Origin: Demequinaceae bacterium
GTDB lineage: Bacteria; Actinomycetota; Actinomycetes; Actinomycetales; Demequinaceae
NCBI GenBank assembly: GCA_965250005.1
Contig: OZ252279.1
Location: 1,890,001 to 1,922,000, forward strand
DNA: 32,000 bases
Reading direction: 5' to 3'
Position 1 is the stretch's first letter; each line of letters starts with the position of its first letter. The position numbers and the translations under genes were made by a program. Under the pieces are notes generated by a model. That model did not search any database. It was not told the DNA's origin and was given only the letters and a program-made list of their open reading frames with translations. Below, piece after piece: positions 1-8,152 of this stretch.

Positions 1-2
1 AC

Positions 3-3000
3 ATCGAAGTCGAATATGCCCGCGATATTGATGGTGTTGGCGACGCAGATCCAGACGACCCGTACGGGCTGACAGTCTGTGAAGCCGATGGATTCGTCAA
101 CGAAGCAGCGATCGACACGTACTACGACACCGTTTTCGCGAACGGTTGGGACGAAAACAGCCAACTGTGCTCCCCGTCCTCGAACGCAGACGACGCACCC
201 ACATTCCACAAATATATGGTCACCGAAGTACGCCTCGTCGATGCGGTGGCGCCCGTACCTGTTGATGCAGACGAAGACGGCGACTTTGAGGAAGCAACAT
301 CGAGCGACTTTTTTGACTACCTGACCACCGTTAACCGATACGACTACATCGGTGAGCCTGCCTGGGCTTACGCCGATTCGATCATGTCGGAGCGCGGCCA
401 GGGTGGACAAACATGGAACGTGTTCCGTGGCTACGAAATTGTTGAATCCTGGGTAGGTGAGAACCTCACCGACTATGCGGTCACCCGCAACCAGTATTAT
501 CGCGGAACATCTGGGGGATACCTCGAAAATGGCACGCTCGCGTCAACAGTCGAACTGACACGTATCAGTGACGGCACAACAGTTGAAGACCTTGCAGACC
601 TGTCTGGCATGCTTGCCGCAACTTCGACGGTGCGCCGCGAAGTTGATGGCCAAACGGTCACCGATACGCTCGCAACAGCCTCACACAGTGACTACACAAT
701 TGAGCGGGCTGTCGCACTCGATGTGCGTGAAGTAGACCTCAATCTTGGGGTCGGTGCAGAACTGATCGAAGTTGGTGACGCAAACAACGACGGCAACGCG
801 GACCTACTTGCCTGGCTTGCCGACAAGTCGTTGGTTCTGTATTACGGTGACGGCAACGGTGGCGTGACCGACGTTGACGGCACCGTTGTGTCTGCCGCAT
901 GGAGCACAACGGCAGACAAAATTATTGCACCCGGATCGTGGGATTCAACCGTCGACGATTATGTAGACCTCATCGAAGTCAAAGACGGATATTTGCGACT
1001 ACATCGCGGTGCTGGCGATGGCACATGGGCGTCAACGAGCACCCAGATCGGTAGCGGTTGGGGCAGCTTCTTGGACATTTTGGTGCCAGGTGACTGGAGT
1101 GGCGACAGCAAACCTGACATCCTGCCCATTCAAACGGACAGCGACCTTCGGTTGTATACCGGCAACGGCACCGCCACATCCCCCACAACAGTCGGCGTCA
1201 TTGCCCAAATAGTTGATGAAGACTACATGCGTTTTGGCGACTTCGACGGCGACGGCAAAACTGATGCCGCACACCACTACGACACCGACTGGCATGCATC
1301 ATATTCTGGGACCGGCGACTGGATATTCCTTGGTGGCTCGCAATATGGGGCCGATCAGGTCCGTTTCGATGGCGACTTCGACGGCAACGGCACAACCGAT
1401 ATGGCAATGCACACGTCGAGCGGGTGGCGTGTGCAATGGGACTCCAACAGTTCCTGGGAATACATCAACGACAGCACCATTACCGCAAATCTGTGGTTCG
1501 TGGATGTTGGCGTCAAAACTGCAGGCGACCCCACCGGTGTGGATGACATCGTTTGGTTTACCGGAAGCAAATTTTCTGTGCGTTGGTCTGGCCAAGGAAA
1601 CTGGGTAGACCTCAACACGTCCACATTGGGTTCCGACAAATCCTTTGCCGATATTGACGGCGACGGTGAAGCCGACATGATCAAACAAAACACGCTCGGC
1701 TGGCTAGTGTGGTGGTCCGGTAAAGGCCCCTACGAATACATCAACACTGATCTCAGTGCTGGCGACAATGTTATGTTCGGCGACTTTGATGGTGATGGCA
1801 GCGACGATTTGGTGCGCCGACGCAACGGCAACTGGGAATACAACTCTGCTTTGTTAGCTGACAGTGCCGCCGAATGGACCCACCTCATAGCCGAAGGTGG
1901 CACCAGCGGTGAAGGTGGTGTCTACGACTACGACGACTTCCACTATGAGGTGTGGGATTTTGATGGCAACGGCACATCAGATCTTGTCCGCTCCGGTGAC
2001 GGCGGCTGGATGGTCCTATACGACGGCACAGGCAACTGGCAACAAATCGCAGCCTCCCAATGGGCCCAATACGACACTTTTGTTGACGGCGGCGACTACA
2101 ACGGTGACAGCATTGCAGACATTATTGCCATCTCCGCCATCGGCAACGTCGATGTTCTCTACGGTGAAGGCGACAACGGTCCACCCGCCAACGCCCAAAA
2201 AACTGTCATAACCAACATTGGCGACGCCCAACAACTCGTCGCACCCGGAGACTGGAACGGCGACAACGTACCCGACCTACTCCTACTTGAAGCCGACGGA
2301 ACACTCATGCTTCACGGCGGCACCCCCCACACCACCAGCGGTGACGGCTCCTACTACAGCCAAACCATCCACTCCGAAACGTCATGGTCGATGGTCACCG
2401 AACCAGGACTTACCGTGCCGTGGGTGAAAACCTCAACCTCGACCACCGCGTTTGACGGCCAAAACCTGCCCATCACATCCGAATCAACCGTGATCGAAAC
2501 AGTCGACGGCATCCAAACAGCAGGCTCACCGTTCACATCCTGCACGGCCATGGAACATTTGTGGCGTGTTGACGACGACGCCGCTACGGGAGATACCAAC
2601 ATCGGATGGGATGCTGTAGACGGCTGGGGTGGAGACATCTACCTGTCAGCAACATGGCGCACCCGCACACATGAAGGCGCCTGTGACGACTCAGAGAAAA
2701 TCCTGACCGGTGTTTCAGAAACCTATTTTGATGGCGCCACCTGGGATGACAACGAACCCCAAGACCTGTTAACACGAGGTTTAGTAACAACAGAAATTGC
2801 GTACCCCATCTATGAAGGCGCCACCGCTGCCGCCAAACGTGGCAACGCCGCAATCTCCGTCGCAGAATATGATGCCCGCGGCCGTATCGCGAAAGCATGG
2901 ATGCCCAACGACGTCTCCTTGAACGCCACCACCGGAGCACTAGAAACCAACAACAGCTTCACCACATGGACATACGGTGCGTTCGCCACGTCGGGTGACC

Positions 3001-6000
3001 ACGCAGGCTTGGCGGAATTGACGGTAGGCACCACCGTTGAGTGGGCTGAAGGTGTGCCGACAACGTATTCGACGTCGCAATGGGTGGAGCCCACGCGCGG
3101 TAGTGGGGTGAAGTCCATTGACCTCAACGAGCACTACACGCATTACCGATTCGACCCGTTCGGCCTGCTTGAGGCGGGTTACGCGTCCACGACGTGGGAT
3201 GGCGCCACGGCTCCGTGGTTGGAGTCCAGTTATGTGATTCCGACGGCGTCGTTTGAGTACGACGTGTACGCCCCTGGTGTGGGCGTGCGTTCCACACCTG
3301 TGACAGTCACCTCTGCCCAGCATGCAGGCTACGACGCGGCCGCCAATGCCGGTGCAGGCCAATGGGTCTGCCAAGAAGCCGCCTGCTTCGTGAAACGTTC
3401 CTACATGTTCCTCGATGGATGGGGGCGTGCCGTCGAACAGCACCGTGTTGCACCAGACGGATCCGGTGGACGGCTAGTCTCCGCGACCAGGTACAACAAA
3501 CTCGGGCACATCGAGTTTGTTGCCTCAACGTTCTGGAACGAAGATGCCGCACAGCTGTCGAACGGAAGAGTTGACCCCGTCCTAGGTCAACTAGACCAGT
3601 TTGCGACCACAACGGTGGATTGGGCTGGCAGGGCTACCACCCAGTCGGTGTGGTACCGGGACCCGACTCTCGGGTTGTTGGAGACAAAGACCGACACCGT
3701 GTTCCTTGGCAACATCAGTCAGGTGGAGGCTGCCTCCGGTGCGATCACGGAGACCAAGAACGACGTGTTGGGTCGTTTGGTGCGGCAGTCGCAACACCCG
3801 GAGACCGGTTACGAGCTCGCCGAGGCATTCAACACCATCTACTCCTATGAAACTCTGACGGATGGCGGTAGCAAAGTCACCGTCACGGACCCCGACGACA
3901 ACGACACCGTGTTTGTGTCGAACATGGCGGGTCAGCGCACGTCGCTGGACGACCCGAACTCGGGCCTTTCGGCGTACACGTATGACTTGAACGGGCAAAC
4001 GACCTCGGTGGACTCCGAGGCTGGATTGATCATGATGGTCTATGACACGTTGGGTCGCATGATTGAACGTTACGGATTCCGTCCGGGTATCGATCCGGAC
4101 GACTCCGGTACGGTGTGGGCTGACTATTTGACCGCGGAGTGGACGTACAACGTCGGTCAGGCGGGTCTACCTGCGGCGGCTCCGGACGGTGCGTTGGTGG
4201 CGACATCGGCGACCACGTGGGTGCCCGATGGCGGCACAGGGTTCGATAGCTATGTGACGATCCAGACCACCGACGATTGGGACGCACTAGGCCGCCCCAC
4301 CGAATCAACCCTGACGCTACCGACAACATTGAACCTGGGGGAGCTCTCTGGCGACATGGATGCCGGAAAGTACACCCGGACCATTGAATACGACGAACTA
4401 TCCCGTCCGACGGTGACATTGCCCGCGATCGCTGGCCTGCCGGAACAAACCATTCTGAATGGTTACAACCGATTCGGTACGCCAGTGACGTTGGACGTGT
4501 TGAATAACCCAGGCCCCTCGCAAACGGTGACACCTATTGTTACGGGTGTTGGACTGGATGAGTTGGGTCGGTTGACGTCACGGTCGTATGCGAACACGGT
4601 GGACAGGTTGATTCAGTACGACGCCCAGTGGGGCGCACCGGAACGTATCGCTGCGGTGTTTGATCCGGGTACGGGTGACATTGCCATCCAGGATGACGTG
4701 TTTGTACGTGACGATGTGGGTCGCGTGACGTCGATTCAAGATGATTCAACATATGAATCGGCAAACCCACATGAAGCCCAATGTTTCGTCTATGACGGCC
4801 ACAACCGGCTCGCAAATGCGTGGACTGAAGCAACAGATGGATTCACGGACACGTGCGACACGTTTGCGACGTTGCCGACCACTCAGACTGAGTGGGATGC
4901 GAGTGCGTGGGCTGCGTCTGCTGGACCATATGCAACCACCTGGGAGTACTCAGATTCGGGTCGGATTGAGTCCATCACGAACCTCATCGAGGATGGCCTG
5001 TCAGGTTCCACAGAATCGGTGCAAGCCTTCGAATATGACTCCGACGGCAATGGCACAGAACTGTCGGTAAACGATTTGCCGCATGCGGTCTCCGGTGTAG
5101 ACAACGATGGCGACAGCACTGTCGATGACACGTTCGAATATGGCACCGCTGGCCGTCAAACGGTTCGCACCGTCGATGGGGTTACCTCCACGTTGACGTG
5201 GGATGTGTCCTCCAACCTTGTGAAAGCCGTCGTCGATGATGGCACGAATGAGGCGACGTGGGTGTATGTGTATGACGCATCTGGGCAGCGGGTCACCAAA
5301 ATCCAGCTCGATGGATCAACTCCAATAGATGCGACTGCATATTTTGGTGAAACTGAAGTCACCGACACAGACACCAGCACTGATGGTGCTTCAGACGTGA
5401 CCGCGGTGCGCTACTATCAGTTTGGTGGCGCCACGGTCGCCCTCGAACAGTCTGTTGAACACCCCACCAGCCCCACCGTGGACCTGTTCTACCTGTTTGG
5501 TGACTTCCAAGGCTCCGCACAGGTGATGATGTCTGATGCTCGAGACGTCAACGGTAACCCCGACCCCACAAACGCAGACATCTTGCGCAACGCCTACACC
5601 CCCTATGGGGCACAACGGTCGATAGATGTTGACGTCGACACCAACCCCGACCCAAACCTGCCCACCGAACGTGGCTGGCTATCCCAAATCAGGGACGAGC
5701 CCACCGACACCGCAGGTACCCTCGGCACTGGGCTGACATATTTGAACGCCCGCTACTACGACCCGGTAACAGCACGCTTCCTGTCCCCGGACCCACTCAT
5801 GAACCCCCAGGATCCACGCACCCTGGATCCATACCGGTATGCGGATAACAACCCTGTGCTCTACACAGATGCATCTGGGCTGTGCACCAATATGGCGATG
5901 GCGACGTTCGCCGCGCACAAAGCGTGCGAAACGTGGAACGCCAACAACGGTGATGGGGGCATCACAGGAGGCAACGACGGCGGTTCGGATGGTGCCGGAA

Positions 6001-6758
6001 ACTCCGGAGGGGCCGGTAGCTCGACGCAGCCTTCGGAAGATCAGGCGTTCGACTGTGGGACGTTTTCTTGGTACGACGGATGCTCAAACGATATTCCCGC
6101 GGGAGACTTCAACGAGCGCCTGGGGTTCGTCGAAGGGCTATCGATCGCGGGATGGGGCTTCACAAACTTCTGGGTCGGCGTGGGGAACGCAGGTCTCGGC
6201 GTCATAAACTTTGCCCGATGCTCCTTCAACTATGCGGGAGGCATGGGGCCACAATTAGCTGCAACAACATGCGGGGCTGCCACCATAGGAAATGGCGGAT
6301 ACGTTCCGGGAGGGTACTATTTCGGGCCCGTTGGCCCAGACGACGAACTATACGAACTTAGTATGGACATCGGGAAAATTACAACCGAGTCGGTAGCGCT
6401 CTCCGCAGCGAGTGGATTGGCAGCTGGAACTGCCTTAACAGTGAGTCGCACGACTGCCAATCTCGGGGCAACCGGCACGACACAATTGGGGACCTATCCC
6501 ATCTATATAGACCGCGCCCGCGCGACAGGCGCCAGCTACTTCAATGTGGGTAATGCCTGGAATTGGACGACGCGGGGTGCTCGGGCCGCCGCCAATACTC
6601 GATTCTTGAACACCACGATTGCGAATGCGGACCGGGTCCTGACGACAACGCCAAGGATCGCGATTCAAGAAGGCACGGCCTTGTATTCCGAGATTGCATA
6701 TCTTGAAGCCAACGGATATCGGTGGGTTAATCAATGGGCGCTGGTGCTATCGGGATGA
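3..6758 (+). CDS. Giant Rhs/YD-repeat polymorphic-toxin-like protein with embedded FG-GAP/VCBS repeats (5' end outside the window)
   Basis: The reading frame of ORF 216..6758 stays open upstream to base 3 (IEVEYARDIDGVGDADPDDPYGLTVCEADGFVNEAAIDTYY...KYMVTEV), so the M at 216 is unlikely to be the true start. Repeated F-x-D-x-DGDG-x-x-D motifs, many YD-type repeats (YDSDGNGTEL, YNRFGTPVTL, YDTLGRMIERYG), and the core motif GLTYLNARYYDPVTARFLSPDPL...YRYADNNPVLYTDASG. Confidence 0.95.
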   Translation: MEVEYARDIDGVGDADPDDPYGLTVCEADGFVNEAAIDTYYDTVFANGWDENSQLCSPSSNADDAPTFHKYMVTEVRLVDAVAPVPVDADEDGDFEEATSSDFFDYLTTVNRYDYIGEPAWAYADSIMSERGQGGQTWNVFRGYEIVESWVGENLTDYAVTRNQYYRGTSGGYLENGTLASTVELTRISDGTTVEDLADLSGMLAATSTVRREVDGQTVTDTLATASHSDYTIERAVALDVREVDLNLGVGAELIEVGDANNDGNADLLAWLADKSLVLYYGDGNGGVTDVDGTVVSAAWSTTADKIIAPGSWDSTVDDYVDLIEVKDGYLRLHRGAGDGTWASTSTQIGSGWGSFLDILVPGDWSGDSKPDILPIQTDSDLRLYTGNGTATSPTTVGVIAQIVDEDYMRFGDFDGDGKTDAAHHYDTDWHASYSGTGDWIFLGGSQYGADQVRFDGDFDGNGTTDMAMHTSSGWRVQWDSNSSWEYINDSTITANLWFVDVGVKTAGDPTGVDDIVWFTGSKFSVRWSGQGNWVDLNTSTLGSDKSFADIDGDGEADMIKQNTLGWLVWWSGKGPYEYINTDLSAGDNVMFGDFDGDGSDDLVRRRNGNWEYNSALLADSAAEWTHLIAEGGTSGEGGVYDYDDFHYEVWDFDGNGTSDLVRSGDGGWMVLYDGTGNWQQIAASQWAQYDTFVDGGDYNGDSIADIIAISAIGNVDVLYGEGDNGPPANAQKTVITNIGDAQQLVAPGDWNGDNVPDLLLLEADGTLMLHGGTPHTTSGDGSYYSQTIHSETSWSMVTEPGLTVPWVKTSTSTTAFDGQNLPITSESTVIETVDGIQTAGSPFTSCTAMEHLWRVDDDAATGDTNIGWDAVDGWGGDIYLSATWRTRTHEGACDDSEKILTGVSETYFDGATWDDNEPQDLLTRGLVTTEIAYPIYEGATAAAKRGNAAISVAEYDARGRIAKAWMPNDVSLNATTGALETNNSFTTWTYGAFATSGDHAGLAELTVGTTVEWAEGVPTTYSTSQWVEPTRGSGVKSIDLNEHYTHYRFDPFGLLEAGYASTTWDGATAPWLESSYVIPTASFEYDVYAPGVGVRSTPVTVTSAQHAGYDAAANAGAGQWVCQEAACFVKRSYMFLDGWGRAVEQHRVAPDGSGGRLVSATRYNKLGHIEFVASTFWNEDAAQLSNGRVDPVLGQLDQFATTTVDWAGRATTQSVWYRDPTLGLLETKTDTVFLGNISQVEAASGAITETKNDVLGRLVRQSQHPETGYELAEAFNTIYSYETLTDGGSKVTVTDPDDNDTVFVSNMAGQRTSLDDPNSGLSAYTYDLNGQTTSVDSEAGLIMMVYDTLGRMIERYGFRPGIDPDDSGTVWADYLTAEWTYNVGQAGLPAAAPDGALVATSATTWVPDGGTGFDSYVTIQTTDDWDALGRPTESTLTLPTTLNLGELSGDMDAGKYTRTIEYDELSRPTVTLPAIAGLPEQTILNGYNRFGTPVTLDVLNNPGPSQTVTPIVTGVGLDELGRLTSRSYANTVDRLIQYDAQWGAPERIAAVFDPGTGDIAIQDDVFVRDDVGRVTSIQDDSTYESANPHEAQCFVYDGHNRLANAWTEATDGFTDTCDTFATLPTTQTEWDASAWAASAGPYATTWEYSDSGRIESITNLIEDGLSGSTESVQAFEYDSDGNGTELSVNDLPHAVSGVDNDGDSTVDDTFEYGTAGRQTVRTVDGVTSTLTWDVSSNLVKAVVDDGTNEATWVYVYDASGQRVTKIQLDGSTPIDATAYFGETEVTDTDTSTDGASDVTAVRYYQFGGATVALEQSVEHPTSPTVDLFYLFGDFQGSAQVMMSDARDVNGNPDPTNADILRNAYTPYGAQRSIDVDVDTNPDPNLPTERGWLSQIRDEPTDTAGTLGTGLTYLNARYYDPVTARFLSPDPLMNPQDPRTLDPYRYADNNPVLYTDASGLCTNMAMATFAAHKACETWNANNGDGGITGGNDGGSDGAGNSGGAGSSTQPSEDQAFDCGTFSWYDGCSNDIPAGDFNERLGFVEGLSIAGWGFTNFWVGVGNAGLGVINFARCSFNYAGGMGPQLAATTCGAATIGNGGYVPGGYYFGPVGPDDELYELSMDIGKITTESVALSAASGLAAGTALTVSRTTANLGATGTTQLGTYPIYIDRARATGASYFNVGNAWNWTTRGARAAANTRFLNTTIANADRVLTTTPRIAIQEGTALYSEIAYLEANGYRWVNQWALVLSG
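771..2310 (+). repeat. FG-GAP/VCBS-type Ca-binding beta-propeller repeats within the Rhs protein (about 9-10 units)
   Basis: Protein repeats include GDANNDGNADLLAW, PGDWSGDSKPDILPI, FGDFDGDGKTDAAHHY, FDGDFDGNGTTDMAMH, FADIDGDGEADMIKQ, FGDFDGDGSDDLVRR, WDFDGNGTSDLVRSG, GGDYNGDSIADIIA, PGDWNGDNVPDLLLL. Units are spaced roughly 130-180 nt apart in the later part. Confidence 0.85.
5670..5885 (+). other. Rhs-repeat-associated core domain
   Basis: RGWLSQIRDEPTDTAGTLGTGLTYLNARYYDPVTARFLSPDPLMNPQDPRTLDPYRYADNNPVLYTDASGLC matches the classical Rhs core consensus that precedes variable tips. Confidence 0.92.
5886..6758 (+). other. Variable C-terminal tip (about 290 aa), candidate toxin domain
   Basis: Sequence directly after the DASGLC core boundary: a Gly/Ser-rich linker (GDGGITGGNDGGSDGAGNSGGAGSS), then a non-repeat region ending ...YPIYIDRARATGASYFNVGNAWNWTTRGARAAANTRFLNTTIANADRVLTTTPRIAIQEGTALYSEIAYLEANGYRWVNQWALVLSG. 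Confidence 0.75.
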
Positions 6759-7138
6759 ACGATCGAGATCGGTGGGCAGACTTAACGAGGAGGAGGCTTC
6801 CGCGGCAAATGCGTCGTTTTGTGCGCATCTCCCGCGGGGCTCTTTCGGAGGCCGGGTTTGTGCCGACGTCGGTGTCGGTTTCTGCGGTCAACGGTGGGGC
6901 GGCAGCGATTCAGTTCAGCAGTAGCGAACTCGATATCGAAGTTGTATGGGAACGAGGGCACATCGCAGCGTGGGTGCGAAGAGACGTGCGTGGGAAGCGA
7001 AAGCTCGTGAAGATGACGGACGTGCACCGCGTTTCGGAACTTGGGTCCCGCACAGATCCGCTTCGTGTCGCGGGGATGGCGCGTCTGTTACGGGCAGTCG
7101 CACGTGACTTGCCCAAGATCATTGCAGACTTGCCGTAG
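6755..7138 (+). CDS. Hypothetical protein, candidate cognate immunity protein (127 aa)
   Basis: ATG at 6755-6757 overlaps the TGA stop of the Rhs gene (6756-6758), the ATGA arrangement typical of translationally coupled genes. The ORF is MNDRDRWADLTRRRLPRQMRRFVRISRGALSEAGFVPTSVSVSAVNGGAAAIQFSSSELDIEVVWERGHIAAWVRR...LPKIIADLP. The ATG at 6734 in the ORF track is an alternative start inside the Rhs gene. Confidence 0.7.
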   Translation: MNDRDRWADLTRRRLPRQMRRFVRISRGALSEAGFVPTSVSVSAVNGGAAAIQFSSSELDIEVVWERGHIAAWVRRDVRGKRKLVKMTDVHRVSELGSRTDPLRVAGMARLLRAVARDLPKIIADLP

Positions 7139-7540
7139 CTGAAATCGAGGCGGTTCGTCGTTCTGAGGGTCACGAGGGCGAAACGGGCTACTTGGTCCCG
7201 CCGGCCGCCTTGATCGCAATAGCGATGGGGGCTGGTGCAGGAACTGGTGACAGTTGGAGCCAACCCCGCTTTCCCGGACACGGGGTGTGTGTTGATCATG
7301 CCGCAATTTCGGCATGGGTGTGAAGTGCTTCGAATGTTGCGGGGCTGACGGAAACCGCCGCCAATACGCCCCCGCCGTATAGGAGCCACCGCGTGATGCG
7401 GTCGGGAGGGGCAGTGGTTGTCGCGAAGCCGCCGTGCAAGAATCAGAACATATGTAGCGTCGCGGAATCATCCGCGCGGGCGATACCGCGTTCGCGTGTA
7501 TTCGTGGGAACATGGGTGTACCCAGAACCGTTGAGCAGAC

Positions 7541-8152
7541 ATGGAGACGCAGATGCAGCAAGTACCTGCGCGTCCCGTCGCGCTCAGCGACCAGGTCACA
7601 GCCCCGGCAATTCCGGACCTCACGTGGGAAGGGATCGTCCGCGATCACTCTCCCCGGGTCTACCGCTTGGCGCTGCACCTCACCGGCAACCCGCATGACG
7701 CGGAAGACCTCACACAAGATGTGTTCGTCCGCGTCTTCAACTCGTTGTCCCAGTACAAGCCCGGCACCTTCGAGGGTTGGCTGCACCGCATCACCACCAA
7801 CCTCTTCCTTGACCGCGTGCGCCGCAAAAAGCGCATCCGGTTCGACTGGATGGGGGACAACGCCGACGGCGTCGCGACATCGGACTCTTTCGATCGTCAT
7901 GAGCGCAGCGGCCAGCCTGAAGATGCCTTCGACATGGGAAACCTTGGAGACGACATCATCGACGCACTCGGGGACTTGCAGCCCGAGTACCGCGCGGCTG
8001 TGGTGCTGAGCGACATCGAAGGCCTCTCCTACGAGGAGATTGCGGCAACTCTGGGGATCAAGATGGGCACCGTCCGCTCGCGGCTTTCGCGGGCGCGGGC
8101 AAAACTCCGTGAATCCCTAGCGCACCGTGCTCCCTCGGAGGGAGCAGTGTGA
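7541..8152 (+). CDS. sigE: ECF-family RNA polymerase sigma factor (SigE-like)
   Basis: Sigma region 2 (HSPRVYRLALHLTGNPHDAEDLTQDVFVRVFNSLSQYKPGTFEGWLHRITTNLFLDRVRRKKR) and region 4 (LQPEYRAAVVLSDIEGLSYEEIAATLGIKMGTVRSRLSRARAKLRESL). It precedes anti-sigma, HtrA and TatB genes, an arrangement conserved in actinobacteria. Confidence 0.93.
   Translation: METQMQQVPARPVALSDQVTAPAIPDLTWEGIVRDHSPRVYRLALHLTGNPHDAEDLTQDVFVRVFNSLSQYKPGTFEGWLHRITTNLFLDRVRRKKRIRFDWMGDNADGVATSDSFDRHERSGQPEDAFDMGNLGDDIIDALGDLQPEYRAAVVLSDIEGLSYEEIAATLGIKMGTVRSRLSRARAKLRESLAHRAPSEGAV

Noticed and set aside
79-324. 81-aa plus-strand ORF at the window start
   Set aside because: Out of frame within the open Rhs frame (3..6758); no domain signal.
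1299-4533. Minus-strand ORFs within the Rhs gene (1299..1688, 2940..3443, 3591..3998, 4030..4533)
   Set aside because: Antisense to a single long frame with continuous Rhs/FG-GAP repeats; no recognisable products. The repeats create open antisense frames.
6910-7389. Minus-strand 159-aa ORF overlapping the candidate immunity gene
   Set aside because: Considered as an alternative partner, but it is antisense to the ATGA-coupled ORF and has low-complexity, Arg/Ser/Thr-rich composition with no RBS evidence.
7464-7492. Possible ECF-type autoregulatory promoter (GGAAT at 7464 ... CGTT at 7489) upstream of the sigma factor gene
   Set aside because: The -35 and -10-like elements are recognisable, but the 20-nt spacer is longer than the usual 16-19 and the match is partial. 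Not strong enough to annotate.
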